NCBI GenBank assembly: GCA_047285805.1
Contig: JBJBCN010000003.1
Span: 864,001 to 928,000 of the forward strand
Source of the DNA: Synechococcus sp.
Lineage (GTDB): Bacteria > Cyanobacteriota > Cyanobacteriia > PCC-6307 > Cyanobiaceae
Direction: 5' to 3'
DNA length: 64,000 nucleotides
The notes below the pieces were generated by a model that worked only from the letters and a program-made list of their open reading frames with translations, did no database searches and was not told the origin of the DNA. The position numbers were made by a program, and so were the translations under genes. Positions 1 through 9,700 of this stretch are shown one piece after another (the first letter of the stretch is position 1; each line of letters opens with the position of its first letter).

Positions 1-333
1 CTCGAGCTGCCGGAAACCCAGTTGGATGCCTTTTTGGCGCTGACCTCCTCCGGACCGGCCTTTGTTGCTTTGGTGGCTGAAGCCATGGCGGATGGTGCCG
101 TGGCGTCGGGCCTGCCCCGGTCGCAGGCCCTGTATTTGGCCCATCGCACCTTGGCGGGCACGGCGGCGTTGTTGCACGAGCAGCAGCAGCATCCTGCCCA
201 GCTCAAGGACATGGTGACCAGCCCGGGTGGTACCACCATCGCCGGGGTCCGCGCCCTCGAGCGCGCGGGGCTGCGGTCGGCCTTGATTGAGGCTGTTGTC
301 GCGGCTGCTGAGCGCAGCCGTGCGCTCGGTTAG
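1..333 (+). CDS. proC: Pyrroline-5-carboxylate reductase, C-terminal part (5' end outside window)
   Basis: SSGPAF...EAMADG and LKDMVTSPGGTTIAG motifs; frame open from position 1. Confidence 0.93.
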   Translation, partial: LELPETQLDAFLALTSSGPAFVALVAEAMADGAVASGLPRSQALYLAHRTLAGTAALLHEQQQHPAQLKDMVTSPGGTTIAGVRALERAGLRSALIEAVVAAAERSRALG

Positions 334-983
334 GCCTCTTTTTTCTTGTCCCCCAGGCGGGGCTCGGCGCCGGCAGCGATCCGGCTCAGGTTGCTGCGGT
401 GGCGCCAAATCACCAGCACGGCGGCGACGATCGAGAGGCTGAGGTAGGCCGGACGGATTGCCTCGCCGAGGGAGGCGCAGCGAGCCAGCATCAGCAGTGG
501 CAGGCTCAGGGCAGCGAGCACACTCGAGAGGGAGACGATGCGGCTGACGGTGATCACCGACAGGAAGACCCCGAAGCAGGCCAGGCCGACTGGCCAGGCC
601 AGGCCCAGCAGCATCCCCAATCCGGTGGCCACGGCCTTGCCCCCACGCCAGTCCAGCCAGATGGGCCAGATGTGGCCGGCCAACGCCGCTAAACCGGAGG
701 CGACAACCCACCAATCACTCAGGGCGTTGTAACCATCCGGCTGGAGTAGGGCTTTGGCCAGGAGCACGGCGGCCGTTCCCTTCAGCACATCGATCAGGAA
801 CACCACCAAAGCGGGGCCCTTGCCGATCTGGCGCAGGACGTTCGTGGCTCCAGTGGAGCCGGAACCAAGGGTGCGGATGTCAACGCCTTTCAGCCAACGC
901 CCCGTCAGGTAGCCGGTGGGGAAGGACCCGAGGAGATAGGCCAGCACCAGGGTGAATAGTGGCGAGATCAAGAAGTCGGTCAC
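330..983 (-). CDS. plsY: Glycerol-3-phosphate acyltransferase
   Basis: YLLGSFP, GSGSTGATN, GHIWP, GGKAVAT, RHRSNL motifs. Confidence 0.95.
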   Translation of the reverse strand: MTDFLISPLFTLVLAYLLGSFPTGYLTGRWLKGVDIRTLGSGSTGATNVLRQIGKGPALVVFLIDVLKGTAAVLLAKALLQPDGYNALSDWWVVASGLAALAGHIWPIWLDWRGGKAVATGLGMLLGLAWPVGLACFGVFLSVITVSRIVSLSSVLAALSLPLLMLARCASLGEAIRPAYLSLSIVAAVLVIWRHRSNLSRIAAGAEPRLGDKKKEA

Positions 984-1885
984 AGCAGGTCATCCTCCAG
1001 GGCGAGTTCGGCGGGGCTGCCGGCAAAGGCCAGCCAGACCGGGAATTGCAGGATCGGCACTTCGATGGCTGGCTCGGCCGCATCGACGACGATGAAGGGG
1101 AGTTCGCCGCGCTCTTCGAGGCGATCTGCCCGCTCAATGAGGGCATCAGCGCGCTCGAAGAGGACGATCCCGCTGCTGGGTCCGAAGTCTTCGCGGTTGA
1201 GGCCCAGGCAATCCTGCAGGCTCCGGCGCCATTCCCCGAGTCGCTCCGGCATGCCCGCTAGCACCAAGGTCTGGAAGCGCTCGCCGTAGAGCTCACCCAG
1301 GATCGAGATGGCGGCGGCAGTGGTCAGGGCATTGCGGTTGCGGCTGCCGCAGCTGGGCTGGGCGCCCCGGCCGCCCTGGCCGAGGAACCAGTCCTCGAGG
1401 AGGGCCGAGCCGCCGGGCTCCAGGCTCCGGCGCAGCTTCCAGGGATCTGCATAGAAATCGGCCTGACCTTGGAAGCTCTCGAGGCGATCGCGAATCAGTG
1501 CTTCGTCATTGCTGAAGAGCCCCGCGGGTGCCGGTGCCGGAGTCGCTTCCACGGCGGCTGCTTGCGCTTCTGCGGCTGCCGCTTGATCGAGGGGGGAGGG
1601 CTGCACCACCAGCGGTTGAACCACTAGCTCCATCTGCTCGGCGGACACTGCCAGCTCCTGGAGTGCTCCAATCAGATAGTCCTGGAACCCCTTCACCCGC
1701 CGGGCGATGGAGTCGGATTGGCCGGCAAAGCTGCTTTTGATTTCCTCCTGCAGGGCATTGCGGCGGCCGGTGAGCTCGCTGATCTCCTGTTGGAGAGCCT
1801 CGCGCTGCTGACGCAGTTCGCTGGTGACGAGCTCCTTCCAGTCGTCGGGCTGGGGCGTTGTGGGGGTGGCGGCGTCTTCGCTCAT
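980..1885 (-). CDS. DUF3086 family cyanobacterial protein
   Basis: Coiled-coil N-terminus, RVKGFQDYL and DFGPSSGIVLFER motifs; position upstream of plsY. Confidence 0.8.
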   Translation of the reverse strand: MSEDAATPTTPQPDDWKELVTSELRQQREALQQEISELTGRRNALQEEIKSSFAGQSDSIARRVKGFQDYLIGALQELAVSAEQMELVVQPLVVQPSPLDQAAAAEAQAAAVEATPAPAPAGLFSNDEALIRDRLESFQGQADFYADPWKLRRSLEPGGSALLEDWFLGQGGRGAQPSCGSRNRNALTTAAAISILGELYGERFQTLVLAGMPERLGEWRRSLQDCLGLNREDFGPSSGIVLFERADALIERADRLEERGELPFIVVDAAEPAIEVPILQFPVWLAFAGSPAELALEDDLL

Positions 1886-2283
1886 GGCTGGGCGCTCACG
1901 TGACGGTTGAGCTGCTCGCGCAGGCTGGTGGCATCAAACAACACCGGCAGGAAGTGAATGCTCTCCTGTTCACGGAAATAGAACAGCACAGGGACGGGGC
2001 CCCAGAACACCGTCCAAGTCAGCCATTCGCTGTAGGGGAAGCGGCGCAGGACGGAGTCGCCGCGCCAGACGATCAGGGCATCGCCGCAGAACTGCAAACG
2101 CAGGATCTGGCTCTGGATGAGCAGGAAGAGCCCAAAGACGCTCACCAGGGCAGCCGCCCACAGGTTGATCAGCAGGCAGCCAAGGCCCAAGGCGAGGACG
2201 CCGATGGGCACCCAGACCCTTGGCGCCAGGATCGCGCCCTGGTCTGGGTTGGGGCCCGCGCCGGTCACGGTTGAAGGGCTCAT
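1882..2283 (-). CDS. DUF3119 family membrane protein
   Basis: Two TM segments, RRFPYSEW...PVLFYFRE...SIHFLPVLFD. Confidence 0.8.
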   Translation of the reverse strand: MSPSTVTGAGPNPDQGAILAPRVWVPIGVLALGLGCLLINLWAAALVSVFGLFLLIQSQILRLQFCGDALIVWRGDSVLRRFPYSEWLTWTVFWGPVPVLFYFREQESIHFLPVLFDATSLREQLNRHVSAQP

Positions 2284-3053
2284 GAGCCGAAGAGCAATTG
2301 GGTCAAGACGACGTCCATCAGGGACACGGTCACCAAGATCATGACCACCGCACCGGTGGTGCTGGTGCCCACTTCCTTGGGGCCACCCCGGGTGGTCAAG
2401 CCCCAGCCGCAGGCGATGACGGCAATTTGCAGGCCGAAGACCCCGGCCTTCAGCAGCATCGCCGGCAGATCAGAGGGCTGCATCCAGCCCCGCACCGAGG
2501 TCCAGAAGACTTCCGGCGGGATGTTGTAGAGGATGGCGCTGCTGACCTGACCCGACCAGATCGCTACCCCGAAGAAGGCAAGGCATTGGACCGGGGTCAT
2601 TACGACCATCGCCAACAGGCGCGGAACCACCAGGTACTGAACCGGGTCGGTTCGCAGCATCGTGATCGCATCTATCTGTTCGGTGACCCTCATCGTGCCC
2701 AACTGCGCGGCGTAGGCCGTAGCGACCTTTCCGGTCACCAGCGTGGCGGTGAGGATCGGCGCAATCTCCCGGGCCAATCCCAGGGCAAGAATCCCGCCCA
2801 CGGTGGATCCGGCCCCCTGCTTGACCAGTTCCGAGGCGGCTTGGATGTTGAAAACCGTACCGGCCGCCAGGCCGGTGATAAGGATGATCAGGAAGCTGCC
2901 AGGGCCGGCCTCCATCAATTCGACGATCAGGTCGTTGGCGTTGATTTGGCCCTTGGCCAGGGCCGAGACGGCTTGGCCTCCAATCAGCAAACTCTCGCCC
3001 AGGCGAGTCAGCCAGCGGGGGCGAATCCAGGCGGGGAGGCGACGGGCGGGCAT
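2280..3053 (-). CDS. mlaE: MlaE/TGD1-family lipid ABC transporter permease
   Basis: REIAPILTA, AAQLGTMRVTEQIDAI, DPVQYLVVPR, GGPKEVG motifs. Confidence 0.9.
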   Translation of the reverse strand: MPARRLPAWIRPRWLTRLGESLLIGGQAVSALAKGQINANDLIVELMEAGPGSFLIILITGLAAGTVFNIQAASELVKQGAGSTVGGILALGLAREIAPILTATLVTGKVATAYAAQLGTMRVTEQIDAITMLRTDPVQYLVVPRLLAMVVMTPVQCLAFFGVAIWSGQVSSAILYNIPPEVFWTSVRGWMQPSDLPAMLLKAGVFGLQIAVIACGWGLTTRGGPKEVGTSTTGAVVMILVTVSLMDVVLTQLLFGS

Positions 3054-3064
3054 GAAACGGTGAG

Positions 3065-4468
3065 CTAGCTGACGGGGGACTGACCTTGAAGGTGGAAGCC
3101 CCTCTCAGGCCAGCGGCGGGTCACCACCAAGCCAAGCACCACCAATACTGCGGGAATGATGCCCATGCAGAGCCGGATCGCCACCAGGGCACTGGTGGGT
3201 TGGGCGGTATTCGCCAGGGCTTCGTCGTAACCGCTGGCGCTCAGAACCATGCCCAATAGAGCGATCACGGCACTGATGCAGACCTTTTGGGCCAGGACCA
3301 TCCAGGCGGTGTATTGGCCGGCCGGCTTCTCCGGATCGGCGTCGATGGCATCCGGCAACAGGGACCAGGGGATCAGATAGGCGGTGGAGGCACCCACGCC
3401 GGCCAACACGATGGAGAGCAGCAGCAGGATCAGCTTGAACAGGTTGCTGGTGGCCAGCACCGGCAGGGCCGGGTTTAGCGGCTGCAGCACCATCACCAGC
3501 AGGCAGCCGGCAATCCAAAGCAGGCCGCCTTGTCGCAGGGCCTGAAGGCGTCCAGCCCGATGGGAGACGGTGTTCCAGAGCCAAAGCCCCCCAAGGGAGC
3601 TCAGCAGGAAGGGCAGCAGGATCAACTTGCTCAGCCCCTCGGGAACCTGGAGTACCACGGGCAGGAAGAAAAGGGACACCGCCTGCATCAGCTGCAGGGA
3701 ACACCACAGCAAGAGGTAAAGGCCCAGCACCATGAGGAAGCGCCCGTTCTGGACCACCCGACGCAGGAGTTTGCGGGTGGTGCCTGGGGTGGGTTCTGGC
3801 CGTTGGCAGTTGCGCGCAGAAGGCAGCAGGCCCCAGCCGCAGAGCAGGCCGGAGGCGCTGATGATCACGCCGGAGACCAAGCCGACGGGTAAGTAAGAGG
3901 AGGGATCACCCAGGTTCCCCACGAGCACCCCGGCGAGCAGGGCCGCGGTGATCGTGGCCAGGATCGAACCGGTGAAACGCGAGGTGTTGAGCCGGGTGCG
4001 CAGACCGACGTCTGTAGTCAGTTCAGCGGCGAGGGCCGTGTAGGGAAGGTTGACGCAGGTATAGAGGCTGTTGGCGACGACCGAGACCACCAAGAACACC
4101 CAGAACTTGGTCCAGATGCTTTCCCACGGGGGGAGCCACCACATGAGAGCCATCGAAGCCCCCAGGGGAACGGCGCTCCAGAGGATCCAGGGGAGACGGG
4201 GACCGAGTTTGGCGTTGACGGTCTTGTCGCTCAACCAGCCGACAATCGGATCATTGACGGCGTCCCAGAGCCGTCCCAGTCCATAGGCTAGACCCGCCAG
4301 CCAGGGAGGGAGGCCTGCTGCGACGTAAAAGCGCAGCAGATAGAAGCCGATGAGGGAGGCGCCCATGCCGGTGCCCACGTCCCCGAGGCCATAGGCCCAA
4401 AGCAAACGCTGCCGAGGCCGGCCCCGCAGATCGGCGGCATCGCTAGGGGCTTGAGGCGTGGCGGCCAA
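3065..4468 (-). CDS. MFS/GPH-family (MelB-like) transporter
   Basis: ~12 TM, WDAVNDPIVGWLSD and LPYTALAAELT motifs. Confidence 0.88.
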   Translation of the reverse strand: MAATPQAPSDAADLRGRPRQRLLWAYGLGDVGTGMGASLIGFYLLRFYVAAGLPPWLAGLAYGLGRLWDAVNDPIVGWLSDKTVNAKLGPRLPWILWSAVPLGASMALMWWLPPWESIWTKFWVFLVVSVVANSLYTCVNLPYTALAAELTTDVGLRTRLNTSRFTGSILATITAALLAGVLVGNLGDPSSYLPVGLVSGVIISASGLLCGWGLLPSARNCQRPEPTPGTTRKLLRRVVQNGRFLMVLGLYLLLWCSLQLMQAVSLFFLPVVLQVPEGLSKLILLPFLLSSLGGLWLWNTVSHRAGRLQALRQGGLLWIAGCLLVMVLQPLNPALPVLATSNLFKLILLLLSIVLAGVGASTAYLIPWSLLPDAIDADPEKPAGQYTAWMVLAQKVCISAVIALLGMVLSASGYDEALANTAQPTSALVAIRLCMGIIPAVLVVLGLVVTRRWPERGFHLQGQSPVS

Positions 4469-4565
4469 GGACGCTGTTCCAAACGCAGGTCATAATGCTC
4501 TAGTAAGCGCGAAAGCCGTTCTGCTGACGCTCAGCGCAAGACGCATGTAGTGCGTTTGTACTGCT

Positions 4566-4636
<71 letters not shown>

Positions 4637-4640
4637 TCGT

Positions 4641-6698
4641 TTAAAAGCAGCTCTGCTCGACCAAGAGCACCAGGCTGCGGCTCTTTAGGACTTGTGTCGA
4701 ACCACTCCAGAGTTGAGGCTCTGCGGGCGCAGCAGTGGCCCCAGCGGTGTTAACGACCTGGAGCCAACCGCGAGCGGCCTTGGGCACTTCGAAGCGCAGG
4801 TCCTCGGAGTAGGCGTTCATGCCGCACCAGACCAGAGGGCCGCGTTGGCGATCATTCAGACTCCAGGCCAGGGTGTGGGACCAGCTGGCCCAGTCCGGTT
4901 GGCCGAGTTTGGTGCCGTGCCACTGGCGAATCAGGTGCCCTGGTTGATCGAAGCGGGGTGACTTGGCTTCCGAGTGGGGCACCTCCGGATTGAACAAATT
5001 CGCCCAGTGGTGTCGAATTTGAATCAGGCGTTGCAGAAATTGCTTGAGGGCGAGATCGTCAGCATCCGGCGCCCAGTGCATCCAGCCGAGGATGTTGTTC
5101 TGGCACCAGGTGTTGTTGTTGCCGCCTTGGCTGCGTCGCACTTCATCGCCCATCAGCAGCATCGGCACCCCAGGGGCCAGGAGCAGTGAGGCCAGCAGGT
5201 TTCGAAGTTGTCGGTTCCGCAGCGCGTTGATTTCGGGGGCACTGCAGGGCCCCTCGGCGCCGTGATTCCAATTGTTGTTGTGGTTATCCCCGTCGCGGTT
5301 GTCCTCGCCGTTAGCCAGGTTGTGTTTGCCGCCGTAGCTGACGAGATCGCTCAGGGTGTAGCCGTCATGGGCGGTCAGGAAGGTGATGCTGCGGCCGAGT
5401 GCCGCCGGCTGGCCCCCAAAGAGATCCGGACTGCCGCTGAGCCGTTGTCCCATCGCCCAGCAGCTCTTCTCATCCCCTTTCCAGAAGCGGCGGATGTCAT
5501 CGCGGAAGCGACCGTTCCAGCTGCCAATGCGCTTGGCGGGGAAATCAGCGAGCCGGTAGAGCCCGCCGCAGTCCCAGGGTTCACTCACCAACTTCAGATC
5601 GGAAAGTTCAGGATCGGCTTCGATCTCTTCAAAAAGCGGTGGTTTGTCCAGGGGGGCCAGTTCTTCGCCGCGGCTCAGGGCGATGCCCAGGTCGAAGCGG
5701 AAGCCATCGACCCCGAGCTCTAGGGCCCAGCAGCGCATGGACTCGAGGATCAGGTGCCGTACCAGGGGGCGGTTGGCAGCGATGGAGTTGCCGCAGCCGC
5801 TGACATCGAGGTAATCGCCCTTGGCGTTCTGGTGGTAGTAGAGGCGGTCGTCGATGCCGCGCCAGCTCAGGGTGGGGCCGGCTTGGTTGCCCTCGCAGGT
5901 GTGGTTGTAGACCACATCCACCAGTACCTCGAGACCGGCCTGATGGAATGCGGTCACCAGTTGGCGCACCTGATCGCGGATCTGCAGCGGATCGTCTCCC
6001 TGCTGGTAGCCGTTGTGGGGGGCAAGCCAACTCAAGGGGCTGTAGCCCCAGTAGTTCATCCGCCCTTTCGGGGCGTCATGGGGGTCGAAGGCCATCACCG
6101 GCAGCAATTCGACCGTGGTGATGCCTAATTCCTTGAGATAAGGAATCAGTTCGATCAGCCCCAGGTAGGTACCCTGGGCCTCAGGGTTGACGGGGCTGCC
6201 CTGGCCGCGGCTGATGCCCCCCACATGCAGTTCATAGATGAGGGTTCTCTGCCAGTTGTGGCGCGGCCTCGGTGCAGCACTGAAATCAAAGCGATCGCGC
6301 TCAGTTATCACCCCCTTGAGGCATGTCGACGTGTTCGGCATCCCGCCGAGGGCATCGGAGCGCTGATAAACGTCCCACCCCGTGATGGCGCGGGCGCAAG
6401 GGTCAAGCAACAATTTGGAGGGGTTATATCCGTGTTGCCCCGGTTGGAGAGGGCCAAAGACTCGGTAGGCGTAGCAGCCGCCAATGCCGACGCCCTCCAC
6501 CTCGACGTGCCAAATGTCCCCGGAGCGGTGGTGGTGGCTACTCAGCTCAACGGTTTGCTCGGGTTCTCTGGCGTTCCCATCGCGGAACAGCAGCAACTCG
6601 ATTCGGCTGGCACTGGGGGCGGCCAGGGAGAAATTCACCCCCCTGGAGGTGGCTTGTGCCCCCAAGGGCCAGGGCTGTCCGAGGTGGATCGAAGCCAA
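4641..6698 (-). CDS. glgX: Glycogen debranching enzyme (isoamylase, GH13)
   Basis: NYWGY, DVVYNH, GFRFD, EPWD, TAHDG motifs. Confidence 0.95.
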   Translation of the reverse strand: MASIHLGQPWPLGAQATSRGVNFSLAAPSASRIELLLFRDGNAREPEQTVELSSHHHRSGDIWHVEVEGVGIGGCYAYRVFGPLQPGQHGYNPSKLLLDPCARAITGWDVYQRSDALGGMPNTSTCLKGVITERDRFDFSAAPRPRHNWQRTLIYELHVGGISRGQGSPVNPEAQGTYLGLIELIPYLKELGITTVELLPVMAFDPHDAPKGRMNYWGYSPLSWLAPHNGYQQGDDPLQIRDQVRQLVTAFHQAGLEVLVDVVYNHTCEGNQAGPTLSWRGIDDRLYYHQNAKGDYLDVSGCGNSIAANRPLVRHLILESMRCWALELGVDGFRFDLGIALSRGEELAPLDKPPLFEEIEADPELSDLKLVSEPWDCGGLYRLADFPAKRIGSWNGRFRDDIRRFWKGDEKSCWAMGQRLSGSPDLFGGQPAALGRSITFLTAHDGYTLSDLVSYGGKHNLANGEDNRDGDNHNNNWNHGAEGPCSAPEINALRNRQLRNLLASLLLAPGVPMLLMGDEVRRSQGGNNNTWCQNNILGWMHWAPDADDLALKQFLQRLIQIRHHWANLFNPEVPHSEAKSPRFDQPGHLIRQWHGTKLGQPDWASWSHTLAWSLNDRQRGPLVWCGMNAYSEDLRFEVPKAARGWLQVVNTAGATAAPAEPQLWSGSTQVLKSRSLVLLVEQSCF

Positions 6699-6754
6699 TG
6701 GATCCTGCGGGCTGCTGTCACAAACTAAAGGTGGTCGAGAGGATGCGCTCTGTC

Positions 6755-7489
6755 ATGAGTGAGCAGAATTCCCAGCCGGCCGTATCCGGCTCGGTCTTTG
6801 CAGAGGCTCTGCCGGATGGCCGTCCGCCCCGGCAAGTGCTTGAGCACCTCTGGTTGTTTGCCCCCAACCGCGAAACGCTGGGTGGTTCGGCATGGTGGCT
6901 GGAGACCCCGGATTTGGATGGCTGTTCTGGCCTGCTGATCGATTGCCCGGGTCTGAGCGAGGCGAACTTGGATTTCCTCAGGCAGCGCGGCCCAGGTCGT
7001 CTGGTCTTGACCAGCCGGGATGGCCAAGGGCGCACGCGCCGGTTCCAAGACGCGTTGGGCTGGCCGGTTTCTCTGCAGGAGCAGGAGGCCTATCTCCTGC
7101 CCAACGTGGTGGGGCTTGAACCGTTCGCTTCTGAGCACTCCCTCGGTCCCGGTTACCGCCTGCGCTGGACTCCTGGGCCGACGCCCGGCAGTGCCGTTCT
7201 TCTCGCTGATCGGGCATTTAACGGTGCGCCTTTGCTTTTCTGTGGGCGGCTTCTGAGTCCTGTCGCTGAAGGACAAGCCCGTCCCTTGCGCACCCGCCGG
7301 TCTTTCCATTGGGGGCGCTGGCTGCGCAGTCTTGAGGCCCTGAAGGACTGGTTGCCCAGCTCCGCCCCGGTCGGTTTAGCCAGCGGCGCGGGCCTGGGGG
7401 CCCTGCGCGGCGAGGCCCTCATCTCCGACGCTCAGAAGCAGTTGGAGTCCTTGGATTGGGCGGCCCTTGAGGAGCAGGACCCCCTCTAG
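6755..7489 (+). CDS. MBL-fold hydrolase-like protein (metal motif degenerate)
   Basis: FAPNRETLGG, LLIDCP, QEQEAYLLP, WTPGPTPGS; start codon uncertain (6743 or 6755). Confidence 0.75.
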   Translation: MSEQNSQPAVSGSVFAEALPDGRPPRQVLEHLWLFAPNRETLGGSAWWLETPDLDGCSGLLIDCPGLSEANLDFLRQRGPGRLVLTSRDGQGRTRRFQDALGWPVSLQEQEAYLLPNVVGLEPFASEHSLGPGYRLRWTPGPTPGSAVLLADRAFNGAPLLFCGRLLSPVAEGQARPLRTRRSFHWGRWLRSLEALKDWLPSSAPVGLASGAGLGALRGEALISDAQKQLESLDWAALEEQDPL

Positions 7490-7579
7490 AGGACGGCTCA
7501 TTCGGGCACAAAAGGGCACAAAAGCGCTGATTTCGGCAGCAAATGTGGCAAAAACGGCATGGGAAAAGGGGTTTTGAGG

Positions 7580-7608
7580 TTGCCGCTCCTTGCTAACCCC
7601 CATACCAT
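7580..7608 (+). promoter_or_regulatory. Candidate sigma70-type promoter of hup
   Basis: TTGCCG (7580-7585), 17 bp spacer, TACCAT (7603-7608), preceded by phased A-tracts. Confidence 0.5.
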
Positions 7609-7684
7609 TGGCGCGCTGAAACCAGTGGTGGCGGGGCTTTCTCTCTCCGCCCTGCTGCTACTGAGCCCAGAGGCTTCCATTCCG

Positions 7685-7960
7685 ATGAACAAAGCTGACC
7701 TCGTCAATCTCGTGGCTGCTCGCACCGAGTTGACCAAGACCGACGTGGCCCAGGTGGTCGACGCGGCTATCGACACCATCATCGATTCGGTTGTCGAAGG
7801 CAAAAAGGTGTCGATCCTTGGCTTCGGCTCCTTCGAGCCCCGTGAGCGTTCCGCCCGCCAAGGCCTGAACCCCAAGACCGGCCAAAAGATCAAGATCCCA
7901 GCCAAGCGCGTGCCTGCTTTCACCGCCGGCAAACTGTTCAAGGATCGCGTTCAGGGCTGA
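7685..7960 (+). CDS. hup: DNA-binding protein HU
   Basis: MNKADLV..., GFGSF, GLNPKTG, PAFTAGK; 91 aa from ATG 7685. Confidence 0.96.
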   Translation: MNKADLVNLVAARTELTKTDVAQVVDAAIDTIIDSVVEGKKVSILGFGSFEPRERSARQGLNPKTGQKIKIPAKRVPAFTAGKLFKDRVQG

Positions 7961-7992
7961 TCGCACTCCATCGATTCGCGATGTAGAGCAGG

Positions 7993-8016
7993 GGGCGGCC
8001 TTCGGGCCGCCCTTTT
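7993..8016 (+). terminator. Intrinsic terminator of hup
   Basis: GGGCGGCC-TTCG-GGCCGCCC stem-loop followed by TTTT. Confidence 0.85.
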
Positions 8017-8018
8017 GC

Positions 8019-9002
8019 ATGTCAGGGTTCTCAATGGCTGACCTGCTCCCTCACCACCTCAGGTCCCTGCAGGTCGAGGTTGCTGATCTCCGGGCATCGT
8101 CTCGCCGGGGGCGCTATGCCCCCTCGCCGACAGGGCGGCTGCATCTGGGCAATCTGCGCACGGCCCTGCTGTCTTGGCTGATTACTCGGCTCCAAGGCGG
8201 GGAGTGGTTGCTGCGCATCGACGATCTCGATACACCACGCAACCGCCCCGGCGCTGAAGCCTTTATTGAGGAGGACCTGCGCTGGCTGGGGTTGTTCTGG
8301 GATGGTCCGGTGCTACGCCAGAGCAAACGCCGTGGTCTATACGCGACGGTTCTTTCGGCGTTGCGTCGCAGTGGTCAGATCTACCCCTGCCGCTGCAGCC
8401 GCCGGATGTTGGCGGATGTCTCGGCCCCCCATGGTCGATCGGGGGTCTATCCCGGTTTCTGCCGATCCCTGCCTCCCCGTTGGGGTCTGGAGGAGCAACG
8501 CCTGCCCAGTTGGCGGTTGCGTCTTGAGCCGGGCTGGCTCCGCTGGCAGGAGGAGCTGGGTCCCGAGGGTCGCTTAGACGGCCCCGAGGAGGTGGGCGAC
8601 GTGGTCTTGCGTCGGGCGGATGGCTTCTTGGCCTATCACCTGGCGACCGCGGTCGATGAGTGGGCTCTCGGGATTTCTGATGTTGTTCGCGGCCTGGATC
8701 TCTGGCCGGCCACCGGACCGCAGGTCGCTGTGCTGGAGCGCTTGGGTATTGAGCCGCCCCGCTATTGGCACCTGCCGCTCTGGATGGATGGCCAGGGCCA
8801 GCGCCTCTCCAAACGCGATGGCGGTCAGGGGCTCGCCGCCTGGCAGGCGGAAGGCCTGGGGCCTAATGCCGTGATTGGACGCTTGGCTGCTTCTCTTGAC
8901 CTGGTCCCACAGGGTGCTGAGCTCAGCGCGCTGGAGCTTTTGCAGCAGTGCCAGTTGGAGTGTTTGCGTCGGCACCTGACCCAGCCCAGGGCCGAGTCTT
9001 AA
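8019..9002 (+). CDS. gluQ: Glutamyl-Q tRNA(Asp) synthetase
   Basis: RYAPSPTG, HLGN, RIDDLD, CRC...C zinc site, RLSKR; no anticodon-binding domain; start could be 8034. Confidence 0.9.
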   Translation: MSGFSMADLLPHHLRSLQVEVADLRASSRRGRYAPSPTGRLHLGNLRTALLSWLITRLQGGEWLLRIDDLDTPRNRPGAEAFIEEDLRWLGLFWDGPVLRQSKRRGLYATVLSALRRSGQIYPCRCSRRMLADVSAPHGRSGVYPGFCRSLPPRWGLEEQRLPSWRLRLEPGWLRWQEELGPEGRLDGPEEVGDVVLRRADGFLAYHLATAVDEWALGISDVVRGLDLWPATGPQVAVLERLGIEPPRYWHLPLWMDGQGQRLSKRDGGQGLAAWQAEGLGPNAVIGRLAASLDLVPQGAELSALELLQQCQLECLRRHLTQPRAES

Positions 9003-9065
9003 GGATCCCTTTGGGATCGAATCCGCTTGCTGGGAGCAGAGTGACTCAATCACCAGGTGCGGCCC

Positions 9066-9242
9066 ATGGCCAGGTCCGAGGAGCGGGGAAACAAAACTGC
9101 GAAACAGGGCTCTCAGCCCTGTTCCAGTTGTGGTGGCAGCGGGATACAGCGCACCCAAGTCGCTGGTTATCGCACGTGTTTGCAGTGCGTTGGTCAGGGC
9201 ACAGTCCTGGTGATCAACGCTTCGTCTTCTGCCGCCAGATGA
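9066..9242 (+). CDS. Small DnaJ-type zinc-finger protein (two CxxCxGxG motifs)
   Basis: CSSCGGSG and CLQCVGQG in 58 aa. Confidence 0.65.
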   Translation: MARSEERGNKTAKQGSQPCSSCGGSGIQRTQVAGYRTCLQCVGQGTVLVINASSSAAR

Positions 9243-9316
9243 AGAACGCCGTCGTGCCCACAACCGCCAAAAGAGGGGTGGCGGTCAGTAGGAGCAGAGC
9301 AAGGGAGGTCCAGTCG

Positions 9317-9598
9317 GTGTACATCGCGGCCAAGGCGCAATCGGCGCTCATCCTCTCAGGCGCTCTGCTCGTTTTGAACTGTTGCTTGGCCTTGGCTCCC
9401 GCCCAGGCTGGTGTTGCCTTTGATGACTGTCAGCCGACGCCGGATGGGGGGGTGACCTGCAATACCCGGCCAACGGGAAACACCCTCCTGGACGACGAGG
9501 CGGCCCGCTACGGCCTGTTCAATGAAGCCAGCCCCGGCTGGGCTGAATATGACCCCTATCAGGGCTACGACGACATGTTCGGAGGAAACGAGACCTGA
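9317..9598 (+). CDS. Small exported protein
   Basis: AGGGAGG 8 nt before GTG 9317; signal peptide ending AQA; Cys pair; acidic/aromatic tail. Confidence 0.65.
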   Translation: MYIAAKAQSALILSGALLVLNCCLALAPAQAGVAFDDCQPTPDGGVTCNTRPTGNTLLDDEAARYGLFNEASPGWAEYDPYQGYDDMFGGNET

Positions 9599-9700
9599 TC
9601 AGCCCAAGCCCGACAGCTGACGAATCCGTTCAAGGTTTGGCTGGATCAAGAGGGGCTCCGTAGGATCCGCCTCACCTCGTGTTCGCTGAGCCAGCCCCCG

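Noticed and set aside
7559..7684. Signal-peptide-like N-terminal extension on HU in the ORF track
   Set aside because: Canonical HU start MNK at 7685; the extension overlaps the predicted promoter
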